64,000 nucleotides of DNA from an uncultured Gammaproteobacteria bacterium (lineage in GTDB: Bacteria; Patescibacteriota; Patescibacteriia; Magasanikbacterales; JBBTXJ01): the NCBI GenBank assembly GCA_964610305.1, contig CAZSVL010000006.1, forward strand, positions 13,973-77,972. Direction: 5' to 3'. A program made the position numbers and the translations under genes. Under the pieces are notes generated by a model, which saw only the letters and a list, made by a program, of their open reading frames with translations, did not search any database and was not told where the DNA came from. This document shows, one piece after another, positions 27,383-37,921 of this stretch. Position 1 is the first letter of the stretch; every line of letters starts with the position of its first letter.

Positions 27383-28387
27383 ATGCCAAAAGTGAGGATG
27401 GCAATAAATGGGTTTGGGCGCATTGGGCGTCAGGCTTTTAAGATTGCGCTAGAAAATAAAAAAATAGAGGTGGTTGCAATCAATGATTTAACAGACAATG
27501 AAACACTTGCCCATCTTTTGAAATATGACAGCGTGTACGGGCGGTATGATAAGAAAGTTGCTTTTGATAGAGATCATTTAATTGTTGGAAGTAAAAAGAT
27601 ACCGGTATATGAGCAGCCGCTTCCAAGAAAGTTGCCGTGGAGGCGGCACAAGGTAGATGTGGTGATTGAGTCTACCGGAAGATTTGTAAAAGATGGGGCG
27701 GCTAGAGATCACGTAAGAGCCGGAGCTGCGGCTGTAGTATTGTCGGCACCGGCAAAAGGTCGTGGAAAAATTCCAACCTACCTACGCAGCGTCAATGACA
27801 AAGAGTATGAAGGAGAAAAGCTTATAAGCAACGCTAGCTGCACCACTAATTGCATTGCCCCAGTTATGGCGGTGATGGAAAGCGCTTTTGGAATAGAGAA
27901 ATCCATGATGACCACGGTGCATGGTTACACCGCGGATCAAAAACTTCAAGATGGGCCTCATAGAGATTTAAGAAGATCCAGAGCAGCGGCGCTAAATATA
28001 ATACCTACTACAACCGGAGCGGCAATTGCTACTACAGAAGTTATGCCGCAGCTTGAAGGTAAGTTTGATGGCATTGCTATGAGGGTTCCGGTAGCGGTTG
28101 GGTCGCTGTCAGATTTTTGTATAGTCACCAAGAAAAATGTCACGGAGACTCAAGTAAAAAATGCTTTTAAAAAGGCCGCAAAAAATCCTCTGTACAAGGG
28201 CGTGCTTGAGGTAACAGAAGACGCCATTGTCTCTACCGATATTATCGGCAATCCAGCCAGCTCAATAGTAGATTTAGGTTTCATCCGCGTAGTGGGCGGA
28301 AATTTGGTTAAAATTTTGGCGTGGTATGATAACGAATATGGTTATGCAAACCGCTTAGTAGAAATGGCGGCTCAAGTGGGAAAGTAA
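27383..28387 (+). CDS. gap: Glyceraldehyde-3-phosphate dehydrogenase
   Basis: MPKVRMAINGFGRIGR NAD-binding N-terminus and SNASCTTNC active site. The upstream in-frame extension in the ORF track is rejected. Confidence 0.85.
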   Translation: MPKVRMAINGFGRIGRQAFKIALENKKIEVVAINDLTDNETLAHLLKYDSVYGRYDKKVAFDRDHLIVGSKKIPVYEQPLPRKLPWRRHKVDVVIESTGRFVKDGAARDHVRAGAAAVVLSAPAKGRGKIPTYLRSVNDKEYEGEKLISNASCTTNCIAPVMAVMESAFGIEKSMMTTVHGYTADQKLQDGPHRDLRRSRAAALNIIPTTTGAAIATTEVMPQLEGKFDGIAMRVPVAVGSLSDFCIVTKKNVTETQVKNAFKKAAKNPLYKGVLEVTEDAIVSTDIIGNPASSIVDLGFIRVVGGNLVKILAWYDNEYGYANRLVEMAAQVGK

Positions 28388-28388
28388 T

Positions 28389-29147
28389 ATGAGAAAATTA
28401 TTTTTTGTCGTCGCAGCGGTTGTCGCGATACCGGTAGCTATTGCAGTTACTTTTTTTGTTTACAAATTTATTGCAGGCATGATGGTTGGTGGCAGCGCGG
28501 GCGAAGTTCATGATAGGGTTTATCAGTGTGAGCGTATAGCGGGAGAGCGTGTTGGTTATGTGTATGTTCGCGGTTTTGGAGAAGATGATCCAGATGCGGC
28601 ATATGCTATTGATGAAGCTGCAAAAATGGATTCTCGTTATGTTGGACTCTTGGATTATGATTATGATGAAGCACTTGAGCTTGAGCAGATAACGAATATA
28701 TTTTTAGAGAAATTAGAAGATTTTGTGGGGGCTAAAAGGCCAGATGCTTTGGTGGTGTTTGGATTTAGCGCCGGCGGCACGGTTATATCTAGCGCCGCCC
28801 ACGCTTTAAATTTTGATGGACCGGTGCAGTTGCACACTATGGCCTCTCCTTTGTCTGGCTACCACGTGGCGGAGTTATTTTTAGCAGATAGAGAGGGTTA
28901 TCTAAGAGAGTTGGCCGCCGGAATACAGGCTTACTTGCCTCCAACAGAAAATGTATCAGCTGTTCACCATAAAACGGTTACCGACAAGGTTTTGGTTGAT
29001 TTTTGTGAAAACGCAAAGAAATTTTGCGATCCACTAAAAGTGCAAAATAATAATCTAAAGGGAAGCGCAGATTTTTACTACCCACAGGAGAGTCACAACT
29101 CAATTGTGATGACCGTGGTAGACAAGGTTATGGCTTGTCAAAAATAA
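28389..29147 (+). CDS. Membrane-anchored alpha/beta-hydrolase-like protein
   Basis: N-terminal TM helix. GFSAGG (GxSxG) nucleophile elbow. Confidence 0.4.
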   Translation: MRKLFFVVAAVVAIPVAIAVTFFVYKFIAGMMVGGSAGEVHDRVYQCERIAGERVGYVYVRGFGEDDPDAAYAIDEAAKMDSRYVGLLDYDYDEALELEQITNIFLEKLEDFVGAKRPDALVVFGFSAGGTVISSAAHALNFDGPVQLHTMASPLSGYHVAELFLADREGYLRELAAGIQAYLPPTENVSAVHHKTVTDKVLVDFCENAKKFCDPLKVQNNNLKGSADFYYPQESHNSIVMTVVDKVMACQK

Positions 29148-29370
29148 AAAAACCTTACGAACACGCTCGTAGGGTCTGGGGTAAACTTCTTTGGAGCTCT
29201 CACCCTCCATCTACTGCACCATCCTACTTACCCAACTGGACGGCGCACCACTGCGCTCTACTCGATTGGCCGCCTCCGGAGGCGCCGCTCGGGCATGTAC
29301 GCATCAGATCTCCCGAATTTTTTGTGTTTATTGCTTGAGGCAATAGCGTGTTGCGAAGAGATCTGAGGAT
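29146..29370 (-). ncRNA. Candidate sRNA B (~225 nt). Minus-strand promoter TTGACA-N17-TATTAT (29377-29405), terminator 29146-29175.
   Basis: Consensus promoter. 3' hairpin cctacgagcgtgttcgtaagg plus T7. No convincing ORF. Confidence 0.4.
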
Positions 29371-29423
29371 GAGTAAATAATAGCACACTTTGCATATTTT
29401 GTCAAGGGCTGGGCTAACATAAT

Positions 29424-29655
29424 TAAAAAACCCTCGCGCACGCACACGAAGGTCTGGGGTTTCTGATTGAGGCTATACGCAGTACGCCTCTCCTGCCACG
29501 CTGCGCGCGATACCCATGGGCGCTTTGTGGGATTTGTACATTGAGTTTGCATGCTTCACTGCCTGCAGACAGATCTGCCTCAATGTACAGAGGTTTTCTT
29601 TTTTTCTTTTTTACAGGAGCGGTTGCGAGCCGCTGCGTGTTCCTGCTTTTTGTTT
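29424..29655 (-). ncRNA. Candidate sRNA A (~230 nt). Minus-strand promoter TTGACA-N17-TATAGT (29662-29690), GC-rich hairpin plus T6 terminator (29424-29460).
   Basis: Consensus promoter. Shares a ccccagacc 3' motif and agatct-containing segments with sRNA B. Confidence 0.4.
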
Positions 29656-29733
29656 GTATAGACTATAGCATAATTCTATACATTTGTCAAGAGCAGTGGC
29701 TCAATAATGGCTAAAATAAGCAAAAATTCAGCC

Positions 29734-29762
29734 TTGACAGGCTTTTTTATATTCGCTATTAT
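29734..29762 (+). promoter_or_regulatory. groES promoter TTGACA-N17-TATTAT; the -35 lies inside hairpin agccttgacaggct
   Basis: Consensus hexamers about 35 nt upstream of the groES ATG. No CIRCE element found. Confidence 0.55.
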
Positions 29763-29798
29763 TATGGCGCACTAAAATAATGCATTTTTTATAACATT

Positions 29799-31803
<2,005 letters not shown>

Positions 31804-31858
31804 GTTGGTAACTGGTAACTGGTAACTAGCCACTCGTAACTAGACTAGAAAATTTAAA

Positions 31859-31885
31859 ACACTCGGCTTTTGCCGGGTGTTTTTG
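31859..31885 (+). terminator. groEL terminator
   Basis: acactcggc tttt gccgggtgt followed by T5. Confidence 0.6.
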
Positions 31886-31925
31886 GTTGTGTGGCATTTC
31901 GGAATTTTGTGAAGCCTACCACTCT

Positions 31926-31968
31926 GTCATCCCGGAATTTTGCGAAGCAAAATATCCGGGATCTCAAG
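31926..31968 (+). repeat. Family 1 element
   Basis: gtcatcccggaattttgcgaagcaaaatatccgggatctcaag. Confidence 0.65.
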
Positions 31969-31993
31969 AATAACGTATACAGCAAAGCGTTCT

Positions 31994-32053
31994 CTTGAGA
32001 TCCCGGGTTCCGTCTACGCTAAAGCTACGCCGGACAGGCAAGCCCGGGATGAC
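31994..32053 (-). repeat. Family 1 element, 60-bp variant in reverse orientation (identical to 22105-22164)
   Basis: Exact reverse complement match. Confidence 0.7.
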
Positions 32054-32062
32054 ACGAATCAC

Positions 32063-32137
32063 GTCATCCTGAACCGAAGGTGAAGGATCTCCTGCCGCAA
32101 AGGAACGTATGAGATCCTTCGCTGCGCTCAGGATGAC
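32063..32137 (+). repeat. GTCATCCTGA...TCAGGATGAC inverted-repeat element (sub-family)
   Basis: 10-bp terminal inverted repeats with internal ggatctc/gagatcc palindrome. Confidence 0.6.
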
Positions 32138-32604
32138 AGGAAACCGCAAGGAAATAAAAAAAGCCCACAAAGCGGGCACCGCTTAAGCAGCTTGGGCAAA
32201 GACCTCTTGCATGTGGCTGTAGAACCACCCCACTGCACGTGTCGGTCGTCGTTGAGCATGTCTAGAGCTTGCTCTAGTGCGGCAAGCATCCGATCACTAT
32301 AGAAGCCAAGTACCTCTGGATCAATGAGCTCTCGCAAGGGAGGGCCAACATCATGGTAGAAAGCTCTGCAGCTCATCTTCCACCTTGGATGGAGCTCGCA
32401 GAAAAGGAAGTCAACGACGGATTCGTAGTCTTTCAGCCGCTCTTCGCATCCAACGTACTTGAGCGCTCGCTGGTAATCCAGCTTGCTTTTCAGAAGTACC
32501 TCTACAAGAGGGAACAAAGACTCAGTAGCACCGCCCGTTAGCGAAAGCGCCAAAATCAAGTCTGTTCGCATCCTGGGTGTCATACTTAGTGACATTCGCA
32601 TCAT
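32128..32604 (-). CDS. Hypothetical protein; C-terminus reads through a hairpin into repeat element
   Basis: ORF only. Confidence 0.4.
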   Translation of the reverse strand: MMRMSLSMTPRMRTDLILALSLTGGATESLFPLVEVLLKSKLDYQRALKYVGCEERLKDYESVVDFLFCELHPRWKMSCRAFYHDVGPPLRELIDPEVLGFYSDRMLAALEQALDMLNDDRHVQWGGSTATCKRSLPKLLKRCPLCGLFLFPCGFLSS

Positions 32605-32661
32605 GATTTTTCTACGGCCAAAAGGGCAATATATTTAAACTAGCATTCTTTTTGATGTTTG

Positions 32662-32922
32662 TCAAGTGGTGGTATTAAAAAAACCGTCTAGCACATGCAA
32701 GGCGGTTTTGGGAATATCATCTCTATCTTTTGGCGGATCGTCTGGATCCGGATGAGATTCTGATGTAGAGGCAAAAAAGAGCGCATATAGGGGCATCAGG
32801 GCAAAAAGAAGCACTGCTGCACCAACGTAATAAAGCAATACGGGAATGACAAGAAGCGGGATAATTACCATGCTTGCAACTACTGCGGGTGTAAAGAAGA
32901 CTAGAAAAATAAATTGAGACAA
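32662..32922 (-). CDS. Small membrane protein
   Basis: Two TM helices. Confidence 0.4.
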   Translation of the reverse strand: MSQFIFLVFFTPAVVASMVIIPLLVIPVLLYYVGAAVLLFALMPLYALFFASTSESHPDPDDPPKDRDDIPKTALHVLDGFFNTTT

Positions 32923-33069
32923 CGGGTGCTGTTCTCGTTTCTTAACTTAAAGGGTAGAATTTTTGCCATGGTTTCCTCCTGGTGGGATTTTATCATGATG
33001 GGCGGGAAAGTCACAACGCTGTTGCGATTAAAAAAAGCCGTTCCCTTTGCAGGTAATAGGCTCTTGATC

Positions 33070-33531
33070 TTAACGATTTCTCCCTGTGGGCTTAATGGCC
33101 TCAAGGCATGCTCGCGCCATATTGGCATACGCGTTTGCGCTTGCGCGCAGCCGGTCTGCTGGATCAATGTTCATGCGATCCTTGCTGGCATACAGCTTCT
33201 CTGCCTTTTCCATCCGTGCAAAGCTGGTGTTGAGCATTTGGTGGCACAGCGTGCTGTGTGGTAGCACCGGCTCCATCCATGAGGCTGGCCACACGGGATC
33301 CTCTTCGACGGTCATGAAGTCCACCCACTCAAGCGGTCCGCTGCCCGGGTTTACTCCCGGCTGGCGACACTTCTTTTTGGTTTCGTAGCCCAGCGTACCA
33401 TCAACGGGTTTTGCCTGCGCAACGCTTGGCCCACTCAGCTGATTTGAAACCGATGAGATCAGTGGGAACACGCACAAAAAGGCCAGAAAAAAGCACACAT
33501 TTGCGATTCTACCGAGGGTCTTTCTCTTCAT
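33070..33531 (-). CDS. Secreted hypothetical protein (signal peptide); paralog of 33704..34102
   Basis: Signal peptide. Shares the C-terminal ANAxANxAxAC motif with its neighbour. Confidence 0.5.
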   Translation of the reverse strand: MKRKTLGRIANVCFFLAFLCVFPLISSVSNQLSGPSVAQAKPVDGTLGYETKKKCRQPGVNPGSGPLEWVDFMTVEEDPVWPASWMEPVLPHSTLCHQMLNTSFARMEKAEKLYASKDRMNIDPADRLRASANAYANMARACLEAIKPTGRNR

Positions 33532-33588
33532 GTGACCTCCTAAGTCTTTGAGAAATGCCTGATTCGTCAGGTGTTTAGATCACATACT

Positions 33589-33617
33589 ATTATAGCATAT
33601 TTTAGTAGTTTTGTCAA
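33589..33617 (-). promoter_or_regulatory. Promoter TTGACA-N17-TATAAT (minus strand)
   Basis: Perfect consensus. Confidence 0.65.
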
Positions 33618-33703
33618 GGGCAAAACGGCTTTATTTGGCTTAGATTAGCCAAAATAATAAGTTTAAAAAAACCGCCTTTCCCCGTAGGTACTAAGCGGAT
33701 TTA

Positions 33704-34102
33704 CTAGTAGTGCTTAAGCGCGTTGTAGCATGCGTTTGCCGCGTTAGCAAAGGCGTTCATGACCTGTGGGTCCGCGGCCGTGACACGTTCCATGCGTTCT
33801 TCATACCAATCCTTTGGTATGTACGTTTTTGTTTGGGAGAGGCTTTCGTAAAGCAGCGTCTCGCACGTGTCCCTTGAGAGCCAATTTGGCAATTCTGAAG
33901 CTGCCTTTTGCTCTGCTTGCTGCATATACCAGTCTAGCGGCTTGGGTTTGTCAGTCGCATATTCGGCATCAAAGGCCGTCTGGGCGTTGGCAACAGACGT
34001 GCCGGTGAAGTGATTTAGCAGAGGCTGCGCTACGGGCAGCAGGCACAAAAGGCCAGCGATAACAAGAATCTTTCCTAGGCTGATAGCTGTCTTAGCACGC
34101 AT
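33704..34102 (-). CDS. Secreted hypothetical protein; paralog of 33070..33531
   Basis: Signal peptide. AAGGAGG RBS. Confidence 0.5.
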   Translation of the reverse strand: MRAKTAISLGKILVIAGLLCLLPVAQPLLNHFTGTSVANAQTAFDAEYATDKPKPLDWYMQQAEQKAASELPNWLSRDTCETLLYESLSQTKTYIPKDWYEERMERVTAADPQVMNAFANAANACYNALKHY

Positions 34103-34111
34103 ATGTCCTCC

Positions 34112-34318
34112 TTACGGTTGCGTCCAGAAATCATGCGGAATTTTCATGCGTTTGATTTTCATCGGTGGCACAAATGGCGGTGGGCCCTTGGGGGCTAGCT
34201 CTGTAGCTCTCACCAGGGCAAGCTCATTTTTGAGCATTTGTGTGATGGGAATAGAATCCAGCGGTACTTCTGTTTCATCAAGAATCATCGTAAGCATCCT
34301 CCAGAGCTTTTTGTTCAT
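34112..34318 (-). CDS. Small hypothetical protein
   Basis: ORF ends at the RBS of the downstream gene. Low complexity. Confidence 0.25.
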   Translation of the reverse strand: MNKKLWRMLTMILDETEVPLDSIPITQMLKNELALVRATELAPKGPPPFVPPMKIKRMKIPHDFWTQP

Positions 34319-34703
34319 TATGGGGACCTTCTGGATTCAGAAAGAAACCAGGATCAAGGGAAAAGCCAGAATCTCCTAGAATTTGGGTTAAACGATTCAG
34401 CTCTTCTGTGGAGAAAATATCGTGCTTGCTCAAATACTCAAGCACTTCACGGGCTCCGCTCAGTTGAATGGTAGTGAGCTTTTTGGGGTCTTCGCCGTCA
34501 AAGGCATTGAAAAGAGCAATAATTGCTCTTGTTTTGTTGCTCTTTGGATTCATCTTCGTATTTTTGAGATGAAGCAGCGATAATCTTACAAAGAAGATAG
34601 AAACATTAGCTATTAGCTTCTGTTGATTACCGTAGAGACAAAAGCCTACAGCATCTGACAGAAGCTGCAACATTTCTGTATAGAGATCTGCATGCTTGTC
34701 CAT
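34278..34703 (-). CDS. Hypothetical protein
   Basis: AGGAGG RBS 4 nt upstream of Met 34703. Confidence 0.45.
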   Translation of the reverse strand: MDKHADLYTEMLQLLSDAVGFCLYGNQQKLIANVSIFFVRLSLLHLKNTKMNPKSNKTRAIIALFNAFDGEDPKKLTTIQLSGAREVLEYLSKHDIFSTEELNRLTQILGDSGFSLDPGFFLNPEGPHNEQKALEDAYDDS

Positions 34704-34769
34704 TGCCCCTCCTTTGCTATAAAAATAGCACATAAAGACAAATTTGTCAAGATGTGCTATAGTTGCGCC

Positions 34770-35873
34770 ATGACTATTAGAGAATTGGTACAAGAATTAG
34801 AAGTTTTAAAAGAAGAGGTTGCTAAGACGTCTGTTTTGTTGCTGCCAGATGAGCAAAAAAAAGAGGCAGAAAAGCTTGAAAAACAGATGCAAAAGCAGGG
34901 TTTTTGGGATGATCAGCAAAAGGCGCAAAAGGTGAGTCAACGGCACGCTCATATTTTGCAAGAATTGCAGCTTTGGGAAGATTTGGCGCACGATGTTGAT
35001 AGCACCCTAGCCATGGCAGCTGAATCTGAAAAACAAGAAGATGATGTTTTGCTTAAAGATATTACGGCGCAGACAAAAAAAATAAGAAAGACTTTTGAAA
35101 AAATGGCTGTTTCAGTATTGCTCAGTGAAGAGCATGATGACAAAAATGCCGTGCTGTCTATCCATGCGGGAGCTGGTGGAACAGAGGCACAAGATTGGGC
35201 AGAGATGATTAAAAGAATGCTGCTTAGGTTTATTGAAAAACGTGGATGGAAAGCGGATATTTTAGATGAACAAGCTGGGTCAGAGGCGGGGATAAAATCA
35301 TGTGTTATAGAAGTATCTGGGACGCAGGCCTATGGTTATTTAAAATCAGAACATGGGGTTCACAGATTAGTGCGCATCTCCCCTTTTGACGCAGAAAAAA
35401 TGCGCCACACCAGCTTTGCAATGGTAGAGGTTTTGCCAGAGTTAGATGATGAGGTGGAGATAGAAATGGACGCAAAAGATCTGCGGGTTGATACGTTTCA
35501 TGCCGGCGGAAAAGGCGGTCAGAATGTTAACAAGGTGGAAACGGCCATTAGAATTACCCATCTTCCAACTAACACAGTGGTGACGTGTCAGAATCAGAGA
35601 TCTCAAGGCCAAAATAAAGAAACCGCCATGAGAATTTTGAAATCCCGTCTGGCTCAGCTGGAGCATCAGAAAAAGCTGGAAGAAAAAGAAGAGTTGCGCG
35701 GCAAGGCAGAAAAAGTAGAATGGGGATCACAAATAAGATCTTATGTTTTGCATCCTTACCAGATGGTAAAGGATCATCGCAGTAATGTAGAAACGCAAGA
35801 CACGGAGGATGTTTTAGACGGGGATTTGGACGCTTTTGTAGAAGGATATCTGCGGTGGAAGATCAGGCATTAG
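34770..35873 (+). CDS. prfB: Peptide chain release factor 2 (no programmed frameshift)
   Basis: SPF and GGQ motifs. Single continuous ORF. TATAGT 6 nt upstream of the ATG (leaderless). Confidence 0.85.
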   Translation: MTIRELVQELEVLKEEVAKTSVLLLPDEQKKEAEKLEKQMQKQGFWDDQQKAQKVSQRHAHILQELQLWEDLAHDVDSTLAMAAESEKQEDDVLLKDITAQTKKIRKTFEKMAVSVLLSEEHDDKNAVLSIHAGAGGTEAQDWAEMIKRMLLRFIEKRGWKADILDEQAGSEAGIKSCVIEVSGTQAYGYLKSEHGVHRLVRISPFDAEKMRHTSFAMVEVLPELDDEVEIEMDAKDLRVDTFHAGGKGGQNVNKVETAIRITHLPTNTVVTCQNQRSQGQNKETAMRILKSRLAQLEHQKKLEEKEELRGKAEKVEWGSQIRSYVLHPYQMVKDHRSNVETQDTEDVLDGDLDAFVEGYLRWKIRH

Positions 35874-36032
35874 GCTGTATGCTGTAGGCTGTATACCCTC
35901 TTAGTGTCATGCTGAACTTGATTCAGCATCCAGGCAGAAGTATAAGACGTACTCTATTTCTAACTAGATTCTGAAATAAATTCAGAATGACAATCTGCGA
36001 TCACTAATGCCTGAAGCCTAATGCCTACTGCC
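35874..36032. repeat. Composite palindromic element, family 2, immediately after prfB
   Basis: GTCATGCTGAACTTGATTCAGCAT...ATTCAGAATGAC core with ctgtatgctgtaggc flanks. Confidence 0.6.
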
Positions 36033-36040
36033 TTAAAAAA

Positions 36041-36634
36041 ATGAAAATAATTAAAGAAAAAGAGGAGTTGCAACAGGCCATTGAACATTTGCGCGATGGC
36101 GGTGTTTTAATATACCCAACAGAGAGCTCATACGGCATTGGCTGCAGGGCGGATGACGTAATTGCGGTGGGGAATGTGTTTTCTTTTAAAGAGAGGGCTG
36201 TAGATAAAACCGTTTTGATTTTAGTGCCAAGCGTAGAAGTTGCAAAAAGATTAGTGCAGTGGTCAGATAAGATTCAGGAATTGGTGGATAGACACTGGCC
36301 TGGCCAGCTCTCTATTGTGGCGCAAGCAACGCCGGAGGGAAGGCATTTGGCGCCGGGCGTGGTGGCAAAAGATGGTACTATTGCGCTGCGTATGTCGCCT
36401 CACCCAACCGCACAAGCGCTTGCTGAGGCTGTTGGTCCGCTTGTGTCTTCGTCGGCAAATAAAGGCAGTGAGCCTCCTTGCTATAGTATGGAGCAGATAC
36501 TTGATTGGCTCCAAGAGGATGATGAGATCATGATAATTGACGGCGGCGGTTTGCCTAAAAAGAAACCGTCCACAGTGGCAAAGGTGAACGGAAATGAAGT
36601 AAGGGTGCTAAGACAGGGCGCGGTACATTTGTGA
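36041..36634 (+). CDS. tsaC: L-threonylcarbamoyladenylate synthase TsaC/YrdC family
   Basis: YPTESSYGIGC and SSANKGSEP motifs. Confidence 0.75.
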   Translation: MKIIKEKEELQQAIEHLRDGGVLIYPTESSYGIGCRADDVIAVGNVFSFKERAVDKTVLILVPSVEVAKRLVQWSDKIQELVDRHWPGQLSIVAQATPEGRHLAPGVVAKDGTIALRMSPHPTAQALAEAVGPLVSSSANKGSEPPCYSMEQILDWLQEDDEIMIIDGGGLPKKKPSTVAKVNGNEVRVLRQGAVHL

Positions 36635-36642
36635 GACGTTCT

Positions 36643-36670
36643 TGACAAACGTTCGTAAATGCGCTATACT
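36643..36670 (+). promoter_or_regulatory. Promoter TTGACA-N16-TATACT driving a noncoding transcript
   Basis: Consensus hexamers. Confidence 0.55.
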
Positions 36671-36676
36671 GTTAGT

Positions 36677-36760
36677 AACACTAGGATGTTACTCCGTACC
36701 TTACGGATTGCATCACAACTGGGTACCAAAAAAGATCTCCTCTTGGGGAGCTCTTTTTTT
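36677..36760 (+). ncRNA. Candidate small RNA 1 (~85 nt) with two hairpins and short terminator
   Basis: Bounded by the promoter and ctcc tcttgg ggag plus T7. Confidence 0.35.
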
Positions 36761-36776
36761 ATGCTATACTTTTTTT

Positions 36777-36856
36777 GGACCCGAGGGCCCGTGAGGTATA
36801 CAGTAACCCCCTGGTGTTGGTACCCAGGTAAGCGGGTGCAAGTCCCGCCGGGTCCA
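36777..36856 (+). ncRNA. tRNA-like 80-nt element (7-bp acceptor-like stem, T-arm-like GCGGG-TGCAAGT-CCCGC)
   Basis: A second -10 (TGcTATACT, 36762-36770) puts the TSS at G36777. 5' GGACCCG pairs with 3' CGGGUCC before discriminator A. The D and anticodon regions are not canonical. A bidirectional terminator at 36858-36883 follows. Confidence 0.4.
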
Positions 36857-36857
36857 T

Positions 36858-36883
36858 AAAAAACGCCTGTCAAGGCGTTTTTT
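36858..36883. terminator. Bidirectional terminator (aaaaaacgcctgtcaaggcgtttttt)
   Basis: Perfect hairpin flanked by an A-run and a T-run. Confidence 0.7.
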
Positions 36884-37823
36884 ATTTGAGTATTCTTTTT
36901 TTGTACCACTCTATTTCTGCAGCAAATCCGTCTATGTGGGCGGTTTTTGGTTCGTATCCTAGTATTCTGCGGGCCTTATCTATGTTTGCATGCGTTACTT
37001 TTTGATCTCCAGGCCGCGGGGGCATGTGTTTAAAGCGTGTTTTTTTGCCAATGAGGCTTTCTACCATTTCTATTGCCTCTTTGGTGCTCATTTGTTTGTC
37101 TGAGCCAATGTTGAAAATTTCGCCGGGCATTTTATCAATATTATCAAGCGCAGCAATAAAACCGTCTAGAGCGTCATGTACATACGTAAAACTGCGCAGA
37201 TGCTGCAAGGATCCTTCGTAGAGCGGCACCTGCCCATCCGTTAGAAGAGCTCCAATAAGACGGGGGTATAGTTTTTCAGGACGCTCGCGAGGTCCAAAAA
37301 CAGAAAATAAACGTAGAGAACAGGCTGGCAGATTTCCGTTTCTGTGGTAGGCAAGGGCAAGCTGTTCTGCTGCAAGTTTGGTTACGCCATAATATGATAC
37401 CGGCTTGGCGGCTACGTTTTCTTCATCGGTTGCATGGTGACCATAGCAAGAAGATGTTGCGGTGTTTACAAAAAGTTTGAGGGTTGGGACTTTTTTTGCG
37501 GCCTCTAGTAGCTTGTGAATTGCTAGCAGATTATTGCGCGTGTAAGCCGCCAGTGTTACATGAGCCACAATGCCGGGCTGTCCTGCTAAATGATAAATTA
37601 CCTCTACGCCATTGAGTATGGGATCAAGCGGCGTGGTAGCAAGATCAGCTTCAATAAAGGTAACGCCCGCTTTTTTAATATCTGCCACGTTCATCTCTTT
37701 TAGATGACGCGCGTAGTAATCAGTAAAGCAATCAATTCCAATAACGTCATGGCCCATTTTGGCCAGACGCTCGCATAAATGTGATCCTACAAAGCCGGCT
37801 GCGCCGGTAACGAGTATTTTCAT
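36882..37823 (-). CDS. NAD-dependent epimerase/dehydratase (UDP-sugar 4-epimerase-like)
   Basis: GAAGFVGSHL Rossmann motif and YxxxK. Minus-strand promoter TTGACT-N18-TACAAT about 10 nt upstream of the ATG. Confidence 0.7.
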   Translation of the reverse strand: MKILVTGAAGFVGSHLCERLAKMGHDVIGIDCFTDYYARHLKEMNVADIKKAGVTFIEADLATTPLDPILNGVEVIYHLAGQPGIVAHVTLAAYTRNNLLAIHKLLEAAKKVPTLKLFVNTATSSCYGHHATDEENVAAKPVSYYGVTKLAAEQLALAYHRNGNLPACSLRLFSVFGPRERPEKLYPRLIGALLTDGQVPLYEGSLQHLRSFTYVHDALDGFIAALDNIDKMPGEIFNIGSDKQMSTKEAIEMVESLIGKKTRFKHMPPRPGDQKVTHANIDKARRILGYEPKTAHIDGFAAEIEWYKKRILK

Positions 37824-37921
37824 GTACCGCTTATTGTAGCCAAATTACGCATGTTTAGTCAAGGGTCAGTGTTGATTAATGAGTGGGTGTATGATAAGCT
37901 GATGCCAAAAGGAGAATACCT

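Noticed and set aside
29700-29798. Searched for a CIRCE/HrcA operator (TTAGCACTC-N9-GAGTGCTAA) upstream of groES
   Set aside because: Not present. Only a sigma70 promoter with a hairpin-embedded -35.
34692-34769. N-terminal extension of prfB (MLVHCPSF...) and possible programmed frameshift
   Set aside because: The extension overlaps the promoter -10. The RF2 N-terminus aligns from Met 34770. The ORF is continuous with no CUU UGA slippery site.
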